Positions 38,207 through 48,828 of a stretch of 64,000 nucleotides of DNA are shown here, piece after piece. Within the stretch, counting starts at the first letter, position 1. Every line of letters begins with the position of its first letter. The position numbers and the translations under genes are program-made. Location of the stretch: contig JBAYHC010000001.1 of NCBI GenBank assembly GCA_041666325.1, positions 59,338-123,337 on the forward strand, in the 5' to 3' direction. The notes under the pieces were generated by a model that was given only the letters and a program-made list of their open reading frames with translations, ran no database searches and was not told the DNA's origin. Origin of the DNA: Patescibacteria group bacterium (lineage in GTDB: Bacteria; Patescibacteriota; UBA1384; XYA2-FULL-43-10; 1-14-0-10-43-13).

Positions 38207-38943
38207 AAGATTTGGTCTTTGGTGATTTCTTTATAGCTTCCTGGCTTTAGATCCAGATCATCAAGCTTAAGTTTTCCGACTCTAGTGCGTATCAGCGCAT
38301 CAATAGATAATCCAATTTTATCACACATCTTTCGTATTTGTCGATTGTAACCAGTATGGAGAACAAGGGTCAGCGCCACGAAGGGTGAATCAGGAACTAG
38401 CGACACTGAGGCAGAATCAACCCGCATTATGTGGCCATCAATATCAAGTCCACTCAATAGCCTTGTGCTGATGTACTGCGCTATGTCTTTCCTCGCTCTT
38501 AACTCGCGGCTCATGATTCTCGCTCTGACCCAGTATTCCTTTTCATGTTCAAAGCGGGGATGAGTTAATCGCTGGGTTAATTCACCATCATTCGTCAAGA
38601 TTATCAATCCCTCTGACTCTATGTCCAGCCGACCAACCGGATAAACTCTCGGCTCTTCAGGCACCAGGTCAACAACTGATTCTCTTCCCGATTCATCTGA
38701 AGCAGTTGATACCACTCCCCTGGGCTTATATAACGCATAATAAACATGTGCGACCGTAGGCATCATAGTGATTGGATGACCACGAAATTCAACCTTATCG
38801 TTCCTGGGATCAACAAGCATGCCCAAAAGCGCAGGTGCTCCATTTACGCTCACATCACCAGCTTCAATGAGCTTATCAACGCTCCTGCGAGATCCAACGC
38901 CAACATCGGCTAGATATTTGTTCAGTCTAACTAAATTTGCCAT
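38203..38943 (-). CDS. pseudouridine synthase (RsuA/RluB family, S4 domain)
   Basis: 246 aa; S4 domain RLNKYLADVGVGSRRSVDKLIEAGDVSVNG, catalytic Asp motif VGRLDIESEGLIILTNDGEL. Confidence 0.8.
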   Translation of the reverse strand: MANLVRLNKYLADVGVGSRRSVDKLIEAGDVSVNGAPALLGMLVDPRNDKVEFRGHPITMMPTVAHVYYALYKPRGVVSTASDESGRESVVDLVPEEPRVYPVGRLDIESEGLIILTNDGELTQRLTHPRFEHEKEYWVRARIMSRELRARKDIAQYISTRLLSGLDIDGHIMRVDSASVSLVPDSPFVALTLVLHTGYNRQIRKMCDKIGLSIDALIRTRVGKLKLDDLDLKPGSYKEITKDQIL

Positions 38944-38946
38944 TAC

Positions 38947-39282
38947 CTATGAACCAATCTCTTTAATTTTTTCGGGTGAAAATGGAGGATTCATAATCAA
39001 AAGCATCTTTATTCGACCTCTATAATCAAAGGTATGTTTTGGGGGAATTTCTATCAGCTGACCTTGACTGACAGGAAACGTTTCGTCATCAATTATGAAC
39101 TCACCGCTACCATCGAGGATGTAATAATAATGCCACAAGATATCACTGACAACCTTGCCGCCATGACCACTTTTACTATCTATGTAATCAATTTCTATGT
39201 TCTGGCTTTGGACGCCAAAAGAAAAACCATCAACACCTTCACGACTGAACGAAACCAGTGATGGTATATCAAGAACAAACAT
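38947..39282 (-). CDS. cupin-domain protein
   Basis: ~112 aa from MFVLDIP; cupin beta-barrel motifs (HxH-like HGGKVVSDILWHYYYIL, GEFIIDDETFPVSQGQ). Confidence 0.45.
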   Translation of the reverse strand: MFVLDIPSLVSFSREGVDGFSFGVQSQNIEIDYIDSKSGHGGKVVSDILWHYYYILDGSGEFIIDDETFPVSQGQLIEIPPKHTFDYRGRIKMLLIMNPPFSPEKIKEIGS

Positions 39283-39298
39283 CTCCCTCCTCAATTTA

Positions 39299-40732
39299 TT
39301 AGTCTGCCATCTGGGTTTCGGCCTCAGCAAGGGCTTTACCCTCGGCTTCTTTGGCTAACTTGATGTGCACATCTCTTAGTTGGTGCTCTGATATGGCAGA
39401 AGGTGCACCCATCATCGGGTCCCTGGCATCGCCGGTTTTTGGAAAGGCAATAACTTCTCGAATGGCGCTCTCCCCGGCCAGCAAAGCGACCAGACGATCA
39501 ATCCCGGCAGCAATGCCACCGTGCGGAGGAGCACCATATTCAAAGGCATCAAGCATGTGTCCGAAACGTCGCTCTTTCTCTTCCTCGCTAACCCCAAGCA
39601 GGTCAAAAATATTATTCTGGATTTCTCTTTGATGAATTCTAATTGAGCCACCAGCCACCTCGTATCCGTTCAAAACAAGATCGTATGCGTATGCCCGAAC
39701 TTCTTCGGGTTTACTGTCCAGCTTACCAAGGTCTTCCGCACGAGGCATCGTAAATGGGTGGTGAGACGATACAAGTTTTTTCTCAGTCGCAGAGTACTTG
39801 AATAGCGGTGCTTCAATTATCCAACAAAAAGCCAACTCCGTTGGATCGCTCTTGTCCTTACGCAGATCCGGCTTGTCAGATTGATATTTTTCCATTGATT
39901 CCTTGTAAGTGATTCTAGAAAAAGGAACGGTCGCTATTTTACTTTTTGGAACAACAGACCCAACCATTTTGATCATCATGTCTTCGACGAGCGCCATAAT
40001 ATCTTCCTCGTCCACAAAGCTCATCTCCATATCAAGTTGCGTGAATTCTGGTTGGCGATCGCCTCGCTGGTCTTCATCGCGAAAACAGCGAGCTAACTGA
40101 AAGTATCGTTCGATGCCACCAACTTGGAGTAGTTGCTTAAATTGTTGTGGGCTCTGCGGTAAGACGTAGAATTCACCGGGAAATAGGCGTGATGGTACCA
40201 CAAATTCCCGCGCTCCCTCAGGTGTTGACTTGGTTAGATACGGAGTCTCTATTTCACGAAAATCTTTTTCCCAGAGATACTCACGGAAAAATCGCGTAAC
40301 GTCGTGACGAAGTGTAATATTGTTTGCCATTCGCTCTGTTCGCAAATCAAGATAGCGGTACTTGAGACGAAGCTCTTCATCAACACCAGCTGTGGACTTA
40401 TCAACCTCAAAAGGTGGCGTCTTGGCCCTATTTAAGATTTCAAGATCGATCGCTTCCATCTCTATCTTTCCGGAGATGAGATTATCGTTTACGAGCTTTT
40501 CTGGCCGAGGGTTTATCTTGCCCGTCACCGACAGGACCCACTCAGGCCGAACATCCTTGATCTTATCGTAAGCAGCTGACCCGGGAACAAAAACTATTTG
40601 CAGCAAACCACTGCGATCTCTTAGATCAATAAAAACAATTTTGCCGTGATCTCTGCGCGAGTGAACCCAGCCAGACACTTTTACTTCCTCGCCAACTTTA
40701 TCAACTATTTCTTCTATGCACATTCTTTCCAT
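39299..40732 (-). CDS. aspS: aspartate--tRNA ligase (bacterial type, lacking GAD insertion domain)
   Basis: 477 aa; class II motif 2 ARCFRDEDQRGDRQPEFTQLDMEMSF, motif 3 GGIAAGIDRLVALL; ~110 aa shorter than typical bacterial AspRS. Confidence 0.8.
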   Translation of the reverse strand: MERMCIEEIVDKVGEEVKVSGWVHSRRDHGKIVFIDLRDRSGLLQIVFVPGSAAYDKIKDVRPEWVLSVTGKINPRPEKLVNDNLISGKIEMEAIDLEILNRAKTPPFEVDKSTAGVDEELRLKYRYLDLRTERMANNITLRHDVTRFFREYLWEKDFREIETPYLTKSTPEGAREFVVPSRLFPGEFYVLPQSPQQFKQLLQVGGIERYFQLARCFRDEDQRGDRQPEFTQLDMEMSFVDEEDIMALVEDMMIKMVGSVVPKSKIATVPFSRITYKESMEKYQSDKPDLRKDKSDPTELAFCWIIEAPLFKYSATEKKLVSSHHPFTMPRAEDLGKLDSKPEEVRAYAYDLVLNGYEVAGGSIRIHQREIQNNIFDLLGVSEEEKERRFGHMLDAFEYGAPPHGGIAAGIDRLVALLAGESAIREVIAFPKTGDARDPMMGAPSAISEHQLRDVHIKLAKEAEGKALAEAETQMAD

Positions 40733-40741
40733 GGTTCTCCT

Positions 40742-43000
40742 TTAGTCCCGCAAGACTGCTTTGAATTCATTAGACACTGCATCCGTAACTTTCTTAACGA
40801 TCTCATCGGCTTCTTTGTCTGTGAGCGTTCTGTCGATATGTTCCAGGTAAACATGAAACGCCAAACTTTTTTTGTCTTGGCCAAACCTATCAGACACAAA
40901 TTCATCGAATAACTCAGCCCGGTTGATCATGTTTGATTGGTTATAGATTACCTTGACAATATCTTCTCCGTCGACGTTAGAGTCGACTATAAACGCTAAA
41001 TCTCTGGTAACAGCAGGGAACTTAGAAATCGGTCTATAGACGATATTTCGCTCGGTGGGCTTAATCGTAATGCTCTCAACAGAGATATCCATCTTTACCA
41101 CAATCTGATCAAACGAAAGCTCACACAGAAATACGGCTGATTTTCGAATTTTGTACGCCTCCAGATCGTTCCGATTTATTTCAGAGACTTTGAATGATTC
41201 TTGCTCAATACCTGTTTTTTCACAAATCTCTTTTATTGCTTTTCCAATCAAATCTTTGGCGCCCTTGCCTGAAGCGGCAATCGCAAGATGTTTTGCCTCC
41301 GCATCCCTTGTAAAGACCTTGCCAAATTCAAAGACGAGAACCGGATCAAAAATCGGATTCTTGGCGATAGTTCTAAGCAGTCCGGGAGCAAGAGCCAGGC
41401 GCAAGTACTTGTTCTCAGATTGCATCGGATTGGCTACTTCCAAAAGATTTTCTGGCGCAAGACCTGCCATCCTTATTTCCTCGGCGGACAAGAACGGATA
41501 ATTAATAACCTCAGAAAAACCGTTGTCCGCAAGAATATCCTTTAAGTGCTCCTGATAGTAATATGGTGATTTTGCGGGCAAGCTTTCAGGTCGAGGAGAG
41601 ATGGGAGAAATTTTACCATAACCATATATCCGGCCAACCTCCTCGGCCAGATCTTGCCAAACACTTATATCATGACGCCAAAGAGGTATGCGGCACTCGC
41701 CTGATTGCACTTCAAATCCAAGAGAGGCAAGAATGCTGTCTATTTCTGCAACAGAGAGATCTAGGCCAAGCAATTGGTTGATTTTGCCATAATTAACCGC
41801 AATACTCTGTTGTTTGGCTTCTGTGCCAACGCGGATAATATCGCCCTCAATCTTTCCACCAGCGATCTGTTCGATCATCGAAGCAGCTTTTTTCAGAGCG
41901 TACACAGTGCTGCCGGAATCAATTCCACGCTCAAATCTATAGCTTGCTTCAGTGACAAGACCAAGTCTTTTTGCTGTACGCCGAATGGATTTGCGGTCGA
42001 ATACTGCAGACTCAATCACAATGCGCGTCGTCATAGTATCAACCTCTGAATTAGTTCCACCGATTATGCCGGCGATAGCGATGGGCTTGTCTGAGTCGGC
42101 GATAACCAAATCATCAGTCTCTAGCGTCTTGGTTGTTCCGTCAAGTACGGGCAATCTTTCGCCAGCAATCGCGCTTCGAACAATAATTTTGCTGCCCGCT
42201 ATCTTGTCAGCGTCAAAAGCATGAAGCGGCTGACCCAAATCAAACAATATATAGTTTGTAACATCAACGACATTATTTATTGGTCTCAGGCCTATTTTCT
42301 CGAGGCGATCAGCCAGCCACTTGGGAGACTGTTCGACTTTTACACCTGACAAAGCCAGGGCACAATACTGGGAACAGGATTTATTTTGCACTACAGACAC
42401 AGACAGATCAGACTTTGGCAGTGAAGAGCTTAGTTCAATGTCAGAAATATCAACAGAATTGTTGCTGAATGAGGCAATTTCACGTGCTACTCCAAGATGA
42501 GAAAGACAGTCTCCACGGTTGGGAGTAATCTCAACCTCTATCACACTGTCGCCCTCTATATATTCAGATAGGCTCTTCCCCAACTCATACGATCTATCCA
42601 ATATCATTATCCCGGAATGATCTCCTCCTAGACCAAGTTCGTCTGGAGCGCACAGCATACCTTCAGACTCAACACCGCGGATAACAGCACGCTTGATTTC
42701 AATACCACCAGGCAACTTCGCTCCAACTTTGGCAAGCGGCACTCTTTGCCCGGGAGCAATATTGGGCGCACCGCACACAATATTCATCTCAGTCTGGCCA
42801 TCAGTCACCGTAGCAATGCGCAAACGGTCAGCATTAGCATGTGGATTGACTGCCAAAATTTCCGCAACTATAACATTTGGATCAATCGATCCTTCGATTG
42901 CTTCAACCTCGGTACCAGTAATATTAAGTTTTTCAACTAATTTATCGTTGGAAAAATCAAATTTGACAAAATCTTTTAGCCAACTTGTTAGAACCTTCAT
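40742..43000 (-). CDS. pheT: phenylalanine--tRNA ligase beta subunit
   Basis: 752 aa; N-terminal tRNA-binding domain MKVLTSWLKDFV..., B3/B4 and B5 regions. Confidence 0.85.
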   Translation of the reverse strand: MKVLTSWLKDFVKFDFSNDKLVEKLNITGTEVEAIEGSIDPNVIVAEILAVNPHANADRLRIATVTDGQTEMNIVCGAPNIAPGQRVPLAKVGAKLPGGIEIKRAVIRGVESEGMLCAPDELGLGGDHSGIMILDRSYELGKSLSEYIEGDSVIEVEITPNRGDCLSHLGVAREIASFSNNSVDISDIELSSSLPKSDLSVSVVQNKSCSQYCALALSGVKVEQSPKWLADRLEKIGLRPINNVVDVTNYILFDLGQPLHAFDADKIAGSKIIVRSAIAGERLPVLDGTTKTLETDDLVIADSDKPIAIAGIIGGTNSEVDTMTTRIVIESAVFDRKSIRRTAKRLGLVTEASYRFERGIDSGSTVYALKKAASMIEQIAGGKIEGDIIRVGTEAKQQSIAVNYGKINQLLGLDLSVAEIDSILASLGFEVQSGECRIPLWRHDISVWQDLAEEVGRIYGYGKISPISPRPESLPAKSPYYYQEHLKDILADNGFSEVINYPFLSAEEIRMAGLAPENLLEVANPMQSENKYLRLALAPGLLRTIAKNPIFDPVLVFEFGKVFTRDAEAKHLAIAASGKGAKDLIGKAIKEICEKTGIEQESFKVSEINRNDLEAYKIRKSAVFLCELSFDQIVVKMDISVESITIKPTERNIVYRPISKFPAVTRDLAFIVDSNVDGEDIVKVIYNQSNMINRAELFDEFVSDRFGQDKKSLAFHVYLEHIDRTLTDKEADEIVKKVTDAVSNEFKAVLRD

Positions 43001-43012
43001 GTGCTTCCTTCA

Positions 43013-43693
43013 TTAGAACTGTTTCAAAAAACGCAAGTTTCCCGATCTGAACAAACGTATTTCTGGGATATCGTACTTGAGCATAGCCAGACGATCGACA
43101 CCAAGACCAAAAGCCCATCCAGAGTATTCATCTGGATCTATTTTCATATTTTTTAATACAACAGGGTGAACCATGCCTGAACCAAGAACTTCCATCCACT
43201 TGCCCTTAAACTTTATATCGACATCCATGCCCGGCTCAACGAATGGATAATGATGCGGACGAAAACGAACATCAACACTGTTGCCGTAGAGCTGTTTGAG
43301 TAAATGCTCAATGATGCCAAAAAGATGACCAACCTTTACGTCTTTGTCGATATATAGCCCCTCTAGTTGCATCAAGGTAGTTTCATGGCGAGCATCAGTT
43401 GCCTCATTGCGATAAACTGTGCCGGGCACGATCACCTTTATTGGGGGCTGTTTACTTTCGGCAAATCTAACCTGGCTATTCGAGGTGTGAGTTCGTAAAA
43501 CTCGTCCATCAGTAAGCCAAAATGTATCTTGAATATCACGAGCAGGATGGTCCCCCGGCATATTTAGGGCGTCGAAGTTGTACCATTCAGTATCAACCTC
43601 TGGACCCTCATAAACCTCGAATCCAAGGGTTTGAAAAACCGCTACGACCTCTCGCACAAATAGCGTTAATGGATGAAGATTACCTTTTGTCAT
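43013..43693 (-). CDS. pheS: phenylalanine--tRNA ligase alpha subunit (short form without N-terminal coiled coil)
   Basis: 226 aa catalytic core; motifs HPARDIQDTFW, class II motif 3 GWAFGLGVDRLAML. Confidence 0.85.
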   Translation of the reverse strand: MTKGNLHPLTLFVREVVAVFQTLGFEVYEGPEVDTEWYNFDALNMPGDHPARDIQDTFWLTDGRVLRTHTSNSQVRFAESKQPPIKVIVPGTVYRNEATDARHETTLMQLEGLYIDKDVKVGHLFGIIEHLLKQLYGNSVDVRFRPHHYPFVEPGMDVDIKFKGKWMEVLGSGMVHPVVLKNMKIDPDEYSGWAFGLGVDRLAMLKYDIPEIRLFRSGNLRFLKQF

Positions 43694-43761
43694 ACTTGTT
43701 GTGAACGATATTATTAATCATAATTTTTCTTAAATATTGGTATCAATTGCTCCTGGATATA

Positions 43762-44154
43762 CTAGCTCGATATCTCTGTTTTTGCTGGGCGCTTGGTTTC
43801 AAAGAAAAGCTCCATCAAAATTACAACAATAACCAATGAGGTTCCAACCCACCAATCGAGCAGCCCAACACCGCTTAAAAACAGAAGCGTAGTCGCTGCC
43901 GTAGCCAAAAAAAATGATTGCCTAACCGATGGCCAAAACGAGGTATAAATAAGCTTGTCTTTAAACAAGAAAAGCTTTGAGTAGTAAATTATAAATGCCC
44001 CAAGGCCAAGGATAGTCAGATGCAAAGAGACAAAGAAGTTAACAAAAACCAATTTGCCCGATTCGAAAGGATTATAGTTAAACAGGTCCAAGACCAGAGA
44101 AGCAAATGCAAAAATGGTGACACTAAAAAGAAAAAACAGGTTTCGTTTAAGCAT
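43762..44154 (-). CDS. hypothetical membrane protein
   Basis: 130 aa, four hydrophobic helices. Confidence 0.4.
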   Translation of the reverse strand: MLKRNLFFLFSVTIFAFASLVLDLFNYNPFESGKLVFVNFFVSLHLTILGLGAFIIYYSKLFLFKDKLIYTSFWPSVRQSFFLATAATTLLFLSGVGLLDWWVGTSLVIVVILMELFFETKRPAKTEISS

Positions 44155-44497
44155 TATTTATCCTGGAAGTCTTATCGTCGTCATGAATTTCTTGGATTAG
44201 CTTATCGATTCTATCAACCTTCTCTACGGTGTGGTCGGCACAGAAATTTAGTCTCGGCATTTTGCGAATGGTTATCCTTGAAGCGATTGCCTCCCTCATC
44301 TCCGAAGCTTCCGACTGAACCGTTCTTGCAAGATCATCAAGATTGCCAATGCCACTAATCCAGATTCTGGCAGAATATAAGTCAGGTGAAACCTTGACAC
44401 TGGTTACCGTTATTATTTTCCCCGCAAAACGACGATAAATTTCTATCGCGACTTCACGCTTGATAAGTTCGTCAATTTTTGGCATTCTCTGAGTCAT
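44147..44497 (-). CDS. rbfA: ribosome-binding factor A
   Basis: 116 aa; KH-like RbfA pattern IITVTSVKVSPDLYSARIWIS. Confidence 0.75.
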   Translation of the reverse strand: MTQRMPKIDELIKREVAIEIYRRFAGKIITVTSVKVSPDLYSARIWISGIGNLDDLARTVQSEASEMREAIASRITIRKMPRLNFCADHTVEKVDRIDKLIQEIHDDDKTSRINNA

Positions 44498-44604
44498 ATT
44501 CTGTTGTATTATATCAAATAATCCAATTATTAGCTAGATCACGACCGCTCATCGGTTGTTAAATAATCACAAAGATTAATTCAAAACACCTAACTGATCT
44601 GGCC

Positions 44605-45279
44605 CTAAATTAGCTTGTACCCCTTCCCGTTTATTGTTTTTATATATCCTGTACCACTCACTCCGACTAGCTTTTTCCTGACCTTGCTAACAAGTACATT
44701 CAGCGCATCGTCCTGACGGCTCGTGTAAAGATAATTATCTCCCCAAAGATGCTCACTTATTGCTGTCCTGGTGCTTACCTCGTCTCTGTGCCTAAGCAAG
44801 AACTCGAGGAACAAAAACTCTTTTCTAACTAAGTCGATCTTCTTGCCACAAACGAAAATCTGATTTTCCTTTAAATCAAGGACGATTTCACGGTGTTCGA
44901 TCTTTTCCCAGTGAAGCTCCCTCTCCCTTCGAAGAAGCGCCCTAACTCGAGCAAAAAGCTCCTCAAGCGCAAATGGCTTTGTAAGATAGTCATCAGCTCC
45001 AGCATCGAGGCCGGAAACTTTATCATCAAGAGAGTCTCTGGCTGTGAGCATAAGTACCGGCATCTTTAACCCGAGTGTACGGATATGTCGACAGACCTCG
45101 TACCCGTCACAATCAGGTAGCATTATGTCAAGAATGGCTAAATCAAAATCCTCAGTCTCAATAATCTTCTTCGCCTGCAAACCATCACAAGCAATATTAA
45201 CAAGATACTTCTGGCCAGCAAGAGCCATTCGCGTTAAATTGGCAATCTTTTTATCGTCTTCGACCAGAAGTATTTTCAT
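44605..45279 (-). CDS. OmpR-family two-component response regulator
   Basis: Receiver domain MKILLVEDD...LDIMLPDCDG (phospho-Asp), winged-helix C-terminal domain; start set at MKILLVEDD. Confidence 0.85.
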   Translation of the reverse strand: MKILLVEDDKKIANLTRMALAGQKYLVNIACDGLQAKKIIETEDFDLAILDIMLPDCDGYEVCRHIRTLGLKMPVLMLTARDSLDDKVSGLDAGADDYLTKPFALEELFARVRALLRRERELHWEKIEHREIVLDLKENQIFVCGKKIDLVRKEFLFLEFLLRHRDEVSTRTAISEHLWGDNYLYTSRQDDALNVLVSKVRKKLVGVSGTGYIKTINGKGYKLI

Positions 45280-45643
45280 AATAATTAACTCCCCCAAAGT
45301 AAATTTAGATGGCTTAATTTTAGCACCGGAACTTTTTGGTGTCTAGGCAACGTATGTTAGAAAAAATTAAGGTTTGAATTGATATGCTTTAAGTAAGATA
45401 CGAATTGTTAAAGGAGGCATATGCAGAATTTTAGATCGACACATCGAGACGCGGTTCTTGACGAGGTCCTCGACCTATCCGAATTTACTCTTTTCCCTGG
45501 CATTACAGCCCAGCAAATTCTTAGAAGAGCAAGATCGGAGGACCCACTAAGTTTAGACAGCATAAGAACTTATCGAGAATTTGGTCAAGCAATCATGAAA
45601 GCACTTGAAAAGGCTCAGTAACGAGAGCCTGGCGCATACAAAA

Positions 45644-47677
45644 TTAAGCAGATTTTCCGCTGCTTGATTTTGTTTTGTTGTCAATATTTCTAGAAGCGCG
45701 ACCCTTCTTAATATTGCTTGCAGACAGGGGCAATGCCACAAAAAAAGACGTACCTGCAGGCTCCACACCATCATCTGTCTTTGACTCAAACCAAATCCGA
45801 CCACCAATCTGTTCCACAATTGACTTGGTCATATATAGGCCAAGCCCGGTTCCATCGCTTCTTGAAACATTTTTAGCACGGAACATCTTGTCAAAGATTC
45901 GATGCTGTTGCTCCTCTGGAATACCCTTGCCAGTATCTGCAATCTCAAGGATAATCTCGTCATCGGCTCTGCTTGCCTCGACCTTAATCGATCCTCCTGG
46001 TTCAGAATATTTTACAGCGTTTGAAATTAAATTATCCAATATGATAAGAAGCAATGTCAGGTCAGTCTTGAGTGGCGCTAAACTACTATTGTAAACCCTA
46101 TCTATTTTTAATGACTTACTTTCAATGATAGTATGAAAATCTTGAAGACATCGATCTATCTCTTCGGCAATATTTACTACCTCAAGATTAACTGGCCACA
46201 ATCCCATTTCTAGGCGGGAGATATTGAGTAATTTTTTAATTATGTCCGACATCTTAACTATCTCCTGGCCAATATCCGTAAGACGAGCTCTTGTTTCGGG
46301 GGCTAGGGACTGAGACAGCGTCACTTCTGTGGCCAGACTAGCAGCGGTTAGTGGGGTTCGAAGCTGATGGGCAGCGAACGCAATAAAATCAGACTTACTT
46401 TTTTCCATCTCCCTTTCCTTTGTGATGTCTCGATACAGAGCAATCGCCCCAATCGTCTTGTTGTTGCTCACCACGGGAGTTGCGACAATTGAAACATAAA
46501 TTTTCCGTCTTCCTCTACGGATATAATAGCTATCACTATGAACACTGGAGACACTGTCAGAAAAAAGGACACGTCCTAGCGGCCTATTACCAAATGGAAT
46601 TGGCTGATCCTTGCTGTCATATAGCTTTAATACTTTTTCCTGGTGTTTTCCCCTGATATCAACTTTTTTGCATCCAACCAATTCGAGAAGAGGTTTATTA
46701 GCATATAACACCATGCCATCCTTATCAACAGCAATAATGGCATCCTTAAGGCTAGAAATGAGCGCCTCTTCCTCATCTTTTTCGCGCTGTAATTGCTCTG
46801 CCTGGGCCCTCAACCTCTTTTCGCTCTGCTTTAGGTCCCAAAATAAAATATCATAAGGCTTAATCAAACTGGTTACAATAATCGCCCTATACACGAGATA
46901 AAAAGAGTACAAGCGAAACATGTGACCAATATAGTTATAGAAGCCATAAACATCAACGTACAATACAAATGACATCCCCGCTGCGGTTGTCAAAACAATC
47001 GACATCATCATCAAACGAAGTATTACCCTGTCCACAAATCGGCGCCGCAAATATAACAAAAACCCTGCCAGAATGAAGAGCGACGATGTAGAATACTCGG
47101 TAATCTTTTTAAAAAGAGTGAGTCCCGCTTGTTCATCATATGCTATGGGAAAATTCTTAAAGTAAAGAATCGATAGCAGCAAAGCGGCTGTGGCAATGGA
47201 ATATGACAGAAGAACATAACGACCCTTAATCCTCTTATTCAAGAACAAGGGTGCAACAACGAAGGATATGCTCACAAGAATTCTATCTGCTACCCAAAGT
47301 TGAGTCGCCAGATTCGTTGATTCGGCCACAGACAAGGGCAGAACGCTCATTCCACGGTAAGCAATCACATGAAGAAAGTCGATCAAGGATATGGACAGAA
47401 ACGAAGCGCCAATAATCAGTAGATAATGGTTGCTTAAAAAACGATATGAATTAAAAACAATCAAGAAGACACTGCAAGCAATAATAATCACAGCCAAGTC
47501 AATGAAGCTATGGAAAATAAGATAATTGTATCTACTGATATAAAAAAGGATGGCAGAGAGTATTGCTGCCATCAAAAACCAGATCAGATAATGAAAATGA
47601 TACGGCTGATACGTCCGTGTTAATAAAATTGATCTAGCCTTAATGTTGATCTTATTGTTAGGCTTGAGTAATTTCAT
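45644..47677 (-). CDS. sensor histidine kinase (multi-TM sensor, PAS-like, HisKA, HATPase)
   Basis: 677 aa; ~8 N-terminal TM helices, H-box FIAFAAHQLRTPL, N/G boxes (ISNAVKYS, DTGKGIP, GTGLGL). Confidence 0.85.
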   Translation of the reverse strand: MKLLKPNNKINIKARSILLTRTYQPYHFHYLIWFLMAAILSAILFYISRYNYLIFHSFIDLAVIIIACSVFLIVFNSYRFLSNHYLLIIGASFLSISLIDFLHVIAYRGMSVLPLSVAESTNLATQLWVADRILVSISFVVAPLFLNKRIKGRYVLLSYSIATAALLLSILYFKNFPIAYDEQAGLTLFKKITEYSTSSLFILAGFLLYLRRRFVDRVILRLMMMSIVLTTAAGMSFVLYVDVYGFYNYIGHMFRLYSFYLVYRAIIVTSLIKPYDILFWDLKQSEKRLRAQAEQLQREKDEEEALISSLKDAIIAVDKDGMVLYANKPLLELVGCKKVDIRGKHQEKVLKLYDSKDQPIPFGNRPLGRVLFSDSVSSVHSDSYYIRRGRRKIYVSIVATPVVSNNKTIGAIALYRDITKEREMEKSKSDFIAFAAHQLRTPLTAASLATEVTLSQSLAPETRARLTDIGQEIVKMSDIIKKLLNISRLEMGLWPVNLEVVNIAEEIDRCLQDFHTIIESKSLKIDRVYNSSLAPLKTDLTLLLIILDNLISNAVKYSEPGGSIKVEASRADDEIILEIADTGKGIPEEQQHRIFDKMFRAKNVSRSDGTGLGLYMTKSIVEQIGGRIWFESKTDDGVEPAGTSFFVALPLSASNIKKGRASRNIDNKTKSSSGKSA

Positions 47678-47956
47678 TTTCTGCCGCTCTGCCCCAGCTC
47701 TTTAATTGCTTTAGTATTACACAATATCACTTCTAGTTTTCAAAAAACAATATACCCCCCTCTTCTTTGCGACAGGCTGAGATGGAGGAATTTTTAATTG
47801 AAAATACTTTGTGTTTCACAAGATTTCTCTACCCATAAGCAAAGCCAAGGAATCGAAATGACGGGCAGAGGTGAACAATTTCAAACAAAAATCATTGCAT
47901 ATATCTTGATATTGTGGTATTATTACGCAAGCTATTGAGAGAGAGGACGGCGAACA

Positions 47957-48367
47957 ATGGCATTGAGCATTGCGCACGCACTCGAGGAATTATTAAGTCA
48001 ACGCATTTTGGACTCCGAAGAAGTCGTGCCGACCAGACCGGTCCATTGTCTGAGCCGAGAGGTGAGACAATATTTGTTAGACGAATTTGGAAGTGAGGGA
48101 TCCGATCCCCTCTTCCCATTCACCTGTCGACCGGTTGTTGTTACTCGGCCGATAGCCGGCTGTCATCCAGAAAAGAACGGCGTGCTTCAACCGGGATGCT
48201 ACCGAACGATAGGTCTTGACGTTCACTCTGGGCTCTATATCCGAATTGCATACAGAAAGATCGATGGCCCTTTTAGTGATACAGTTATCTATGTCGCTTA
48301 TGGCGACAAAGTTATTGACTGGCGCTGCACCAGCAGCTTTCACTCTTTCCTTGCGCCCCGGTGTTAA
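47957..48367 (+). CDS. hypothetical protein (GC-rich island)
   Basis: 136 aa ORF with upstream TTGATA..TATTAT promoter-like sequence and terminator hairpin overlapping stop; ~52% GC. Confidence 0.4.
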   Translation: MALSIAHALEELLSQRILDSEEVVPTRPVHCLSREVRQYLLDEFGSEGSDPLFPFTCRPVVVTRPIAGCHPEKNGVLQPGCYRTIGLDVHSGLYIRIAYRKIDGPFSDTVIYVAYGDKVIDWRCTSSFHSFLAPRC

Positions 48368-48385
48368 CCCGGGGCGCTTCTTGTG
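48353..48385. terminator. bidirectional terminator-like hairpin GCGCCCCGG-tgttaac-CCGGGGCGC
   Basis: Perfect 9-bp GC stem between convergent ORFs 47957..48367 and 48394..48828. Confidence 0.55.
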
Positions 48386-48393
48386 TGATGAGA

Positions 48394-48828
48394 CTAGATG
48401 GCTTGTATCTCTGTCTCAATTTTATCGGCGATTCGCTTAAAAGTACCGTTCTTAGTTCTTTGCCACTCCTGGCGAACGCTGAAGGCAGCATCTTCGAGTG
48501 CATCGCGATATCTCTGCGGTTGACCGCCATCGCGGTAGATGGTTGCTATAACAATCTCCTGGCCAATGCGAGCCAGTTCACTCACGCTATACTCCATGCT
48601 GTCTGTCAAAGCCATCGCCATATCTTGATACTCACCCATGGATTGCCGCGTGATGTCATGGTCTTGTCCTGTCATTGCTTCAATCGCGCGCTGTCTGGTC
48701 AGAGACATCTCCGGTGTCTCCACATAACCTAGCTCTTGCGCAAGTTCGAAAAGACCGTCCTTGCAAGCTTCAATCTCGGCACCAACTGGTTTATATCCCT
48801 CCAAATCCGCGCTATTCATCTGTCTCAC
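48394..48828 (-). CDS. hypothetical protein (GC-rich island)
   Basis: 144 aa ORF, acidic, helical; no motif recognised. Confidence 0.4.
   Translation of the reverse strand: MRQMNSADLEGYKPVGAEIEACKDGLFELAQELGYVETPEMSLTRQRAIEAMTGQDHDITRQSMGEYQDMAMALTDSMEYSVSELARIGQEIVIATIYRDGGQPQRYRDALEDAAFSVRQEWQRTKNGTFKRIADKIETEIQAI

Noticed and set aside
45421-45621. 66-aa plus-strand ORF between response regulator and histidine kinase
   Set aside because: Lies in the short spacer of a minus-strand two-component operon, with no RBS or recognisable motif; likely spurious.
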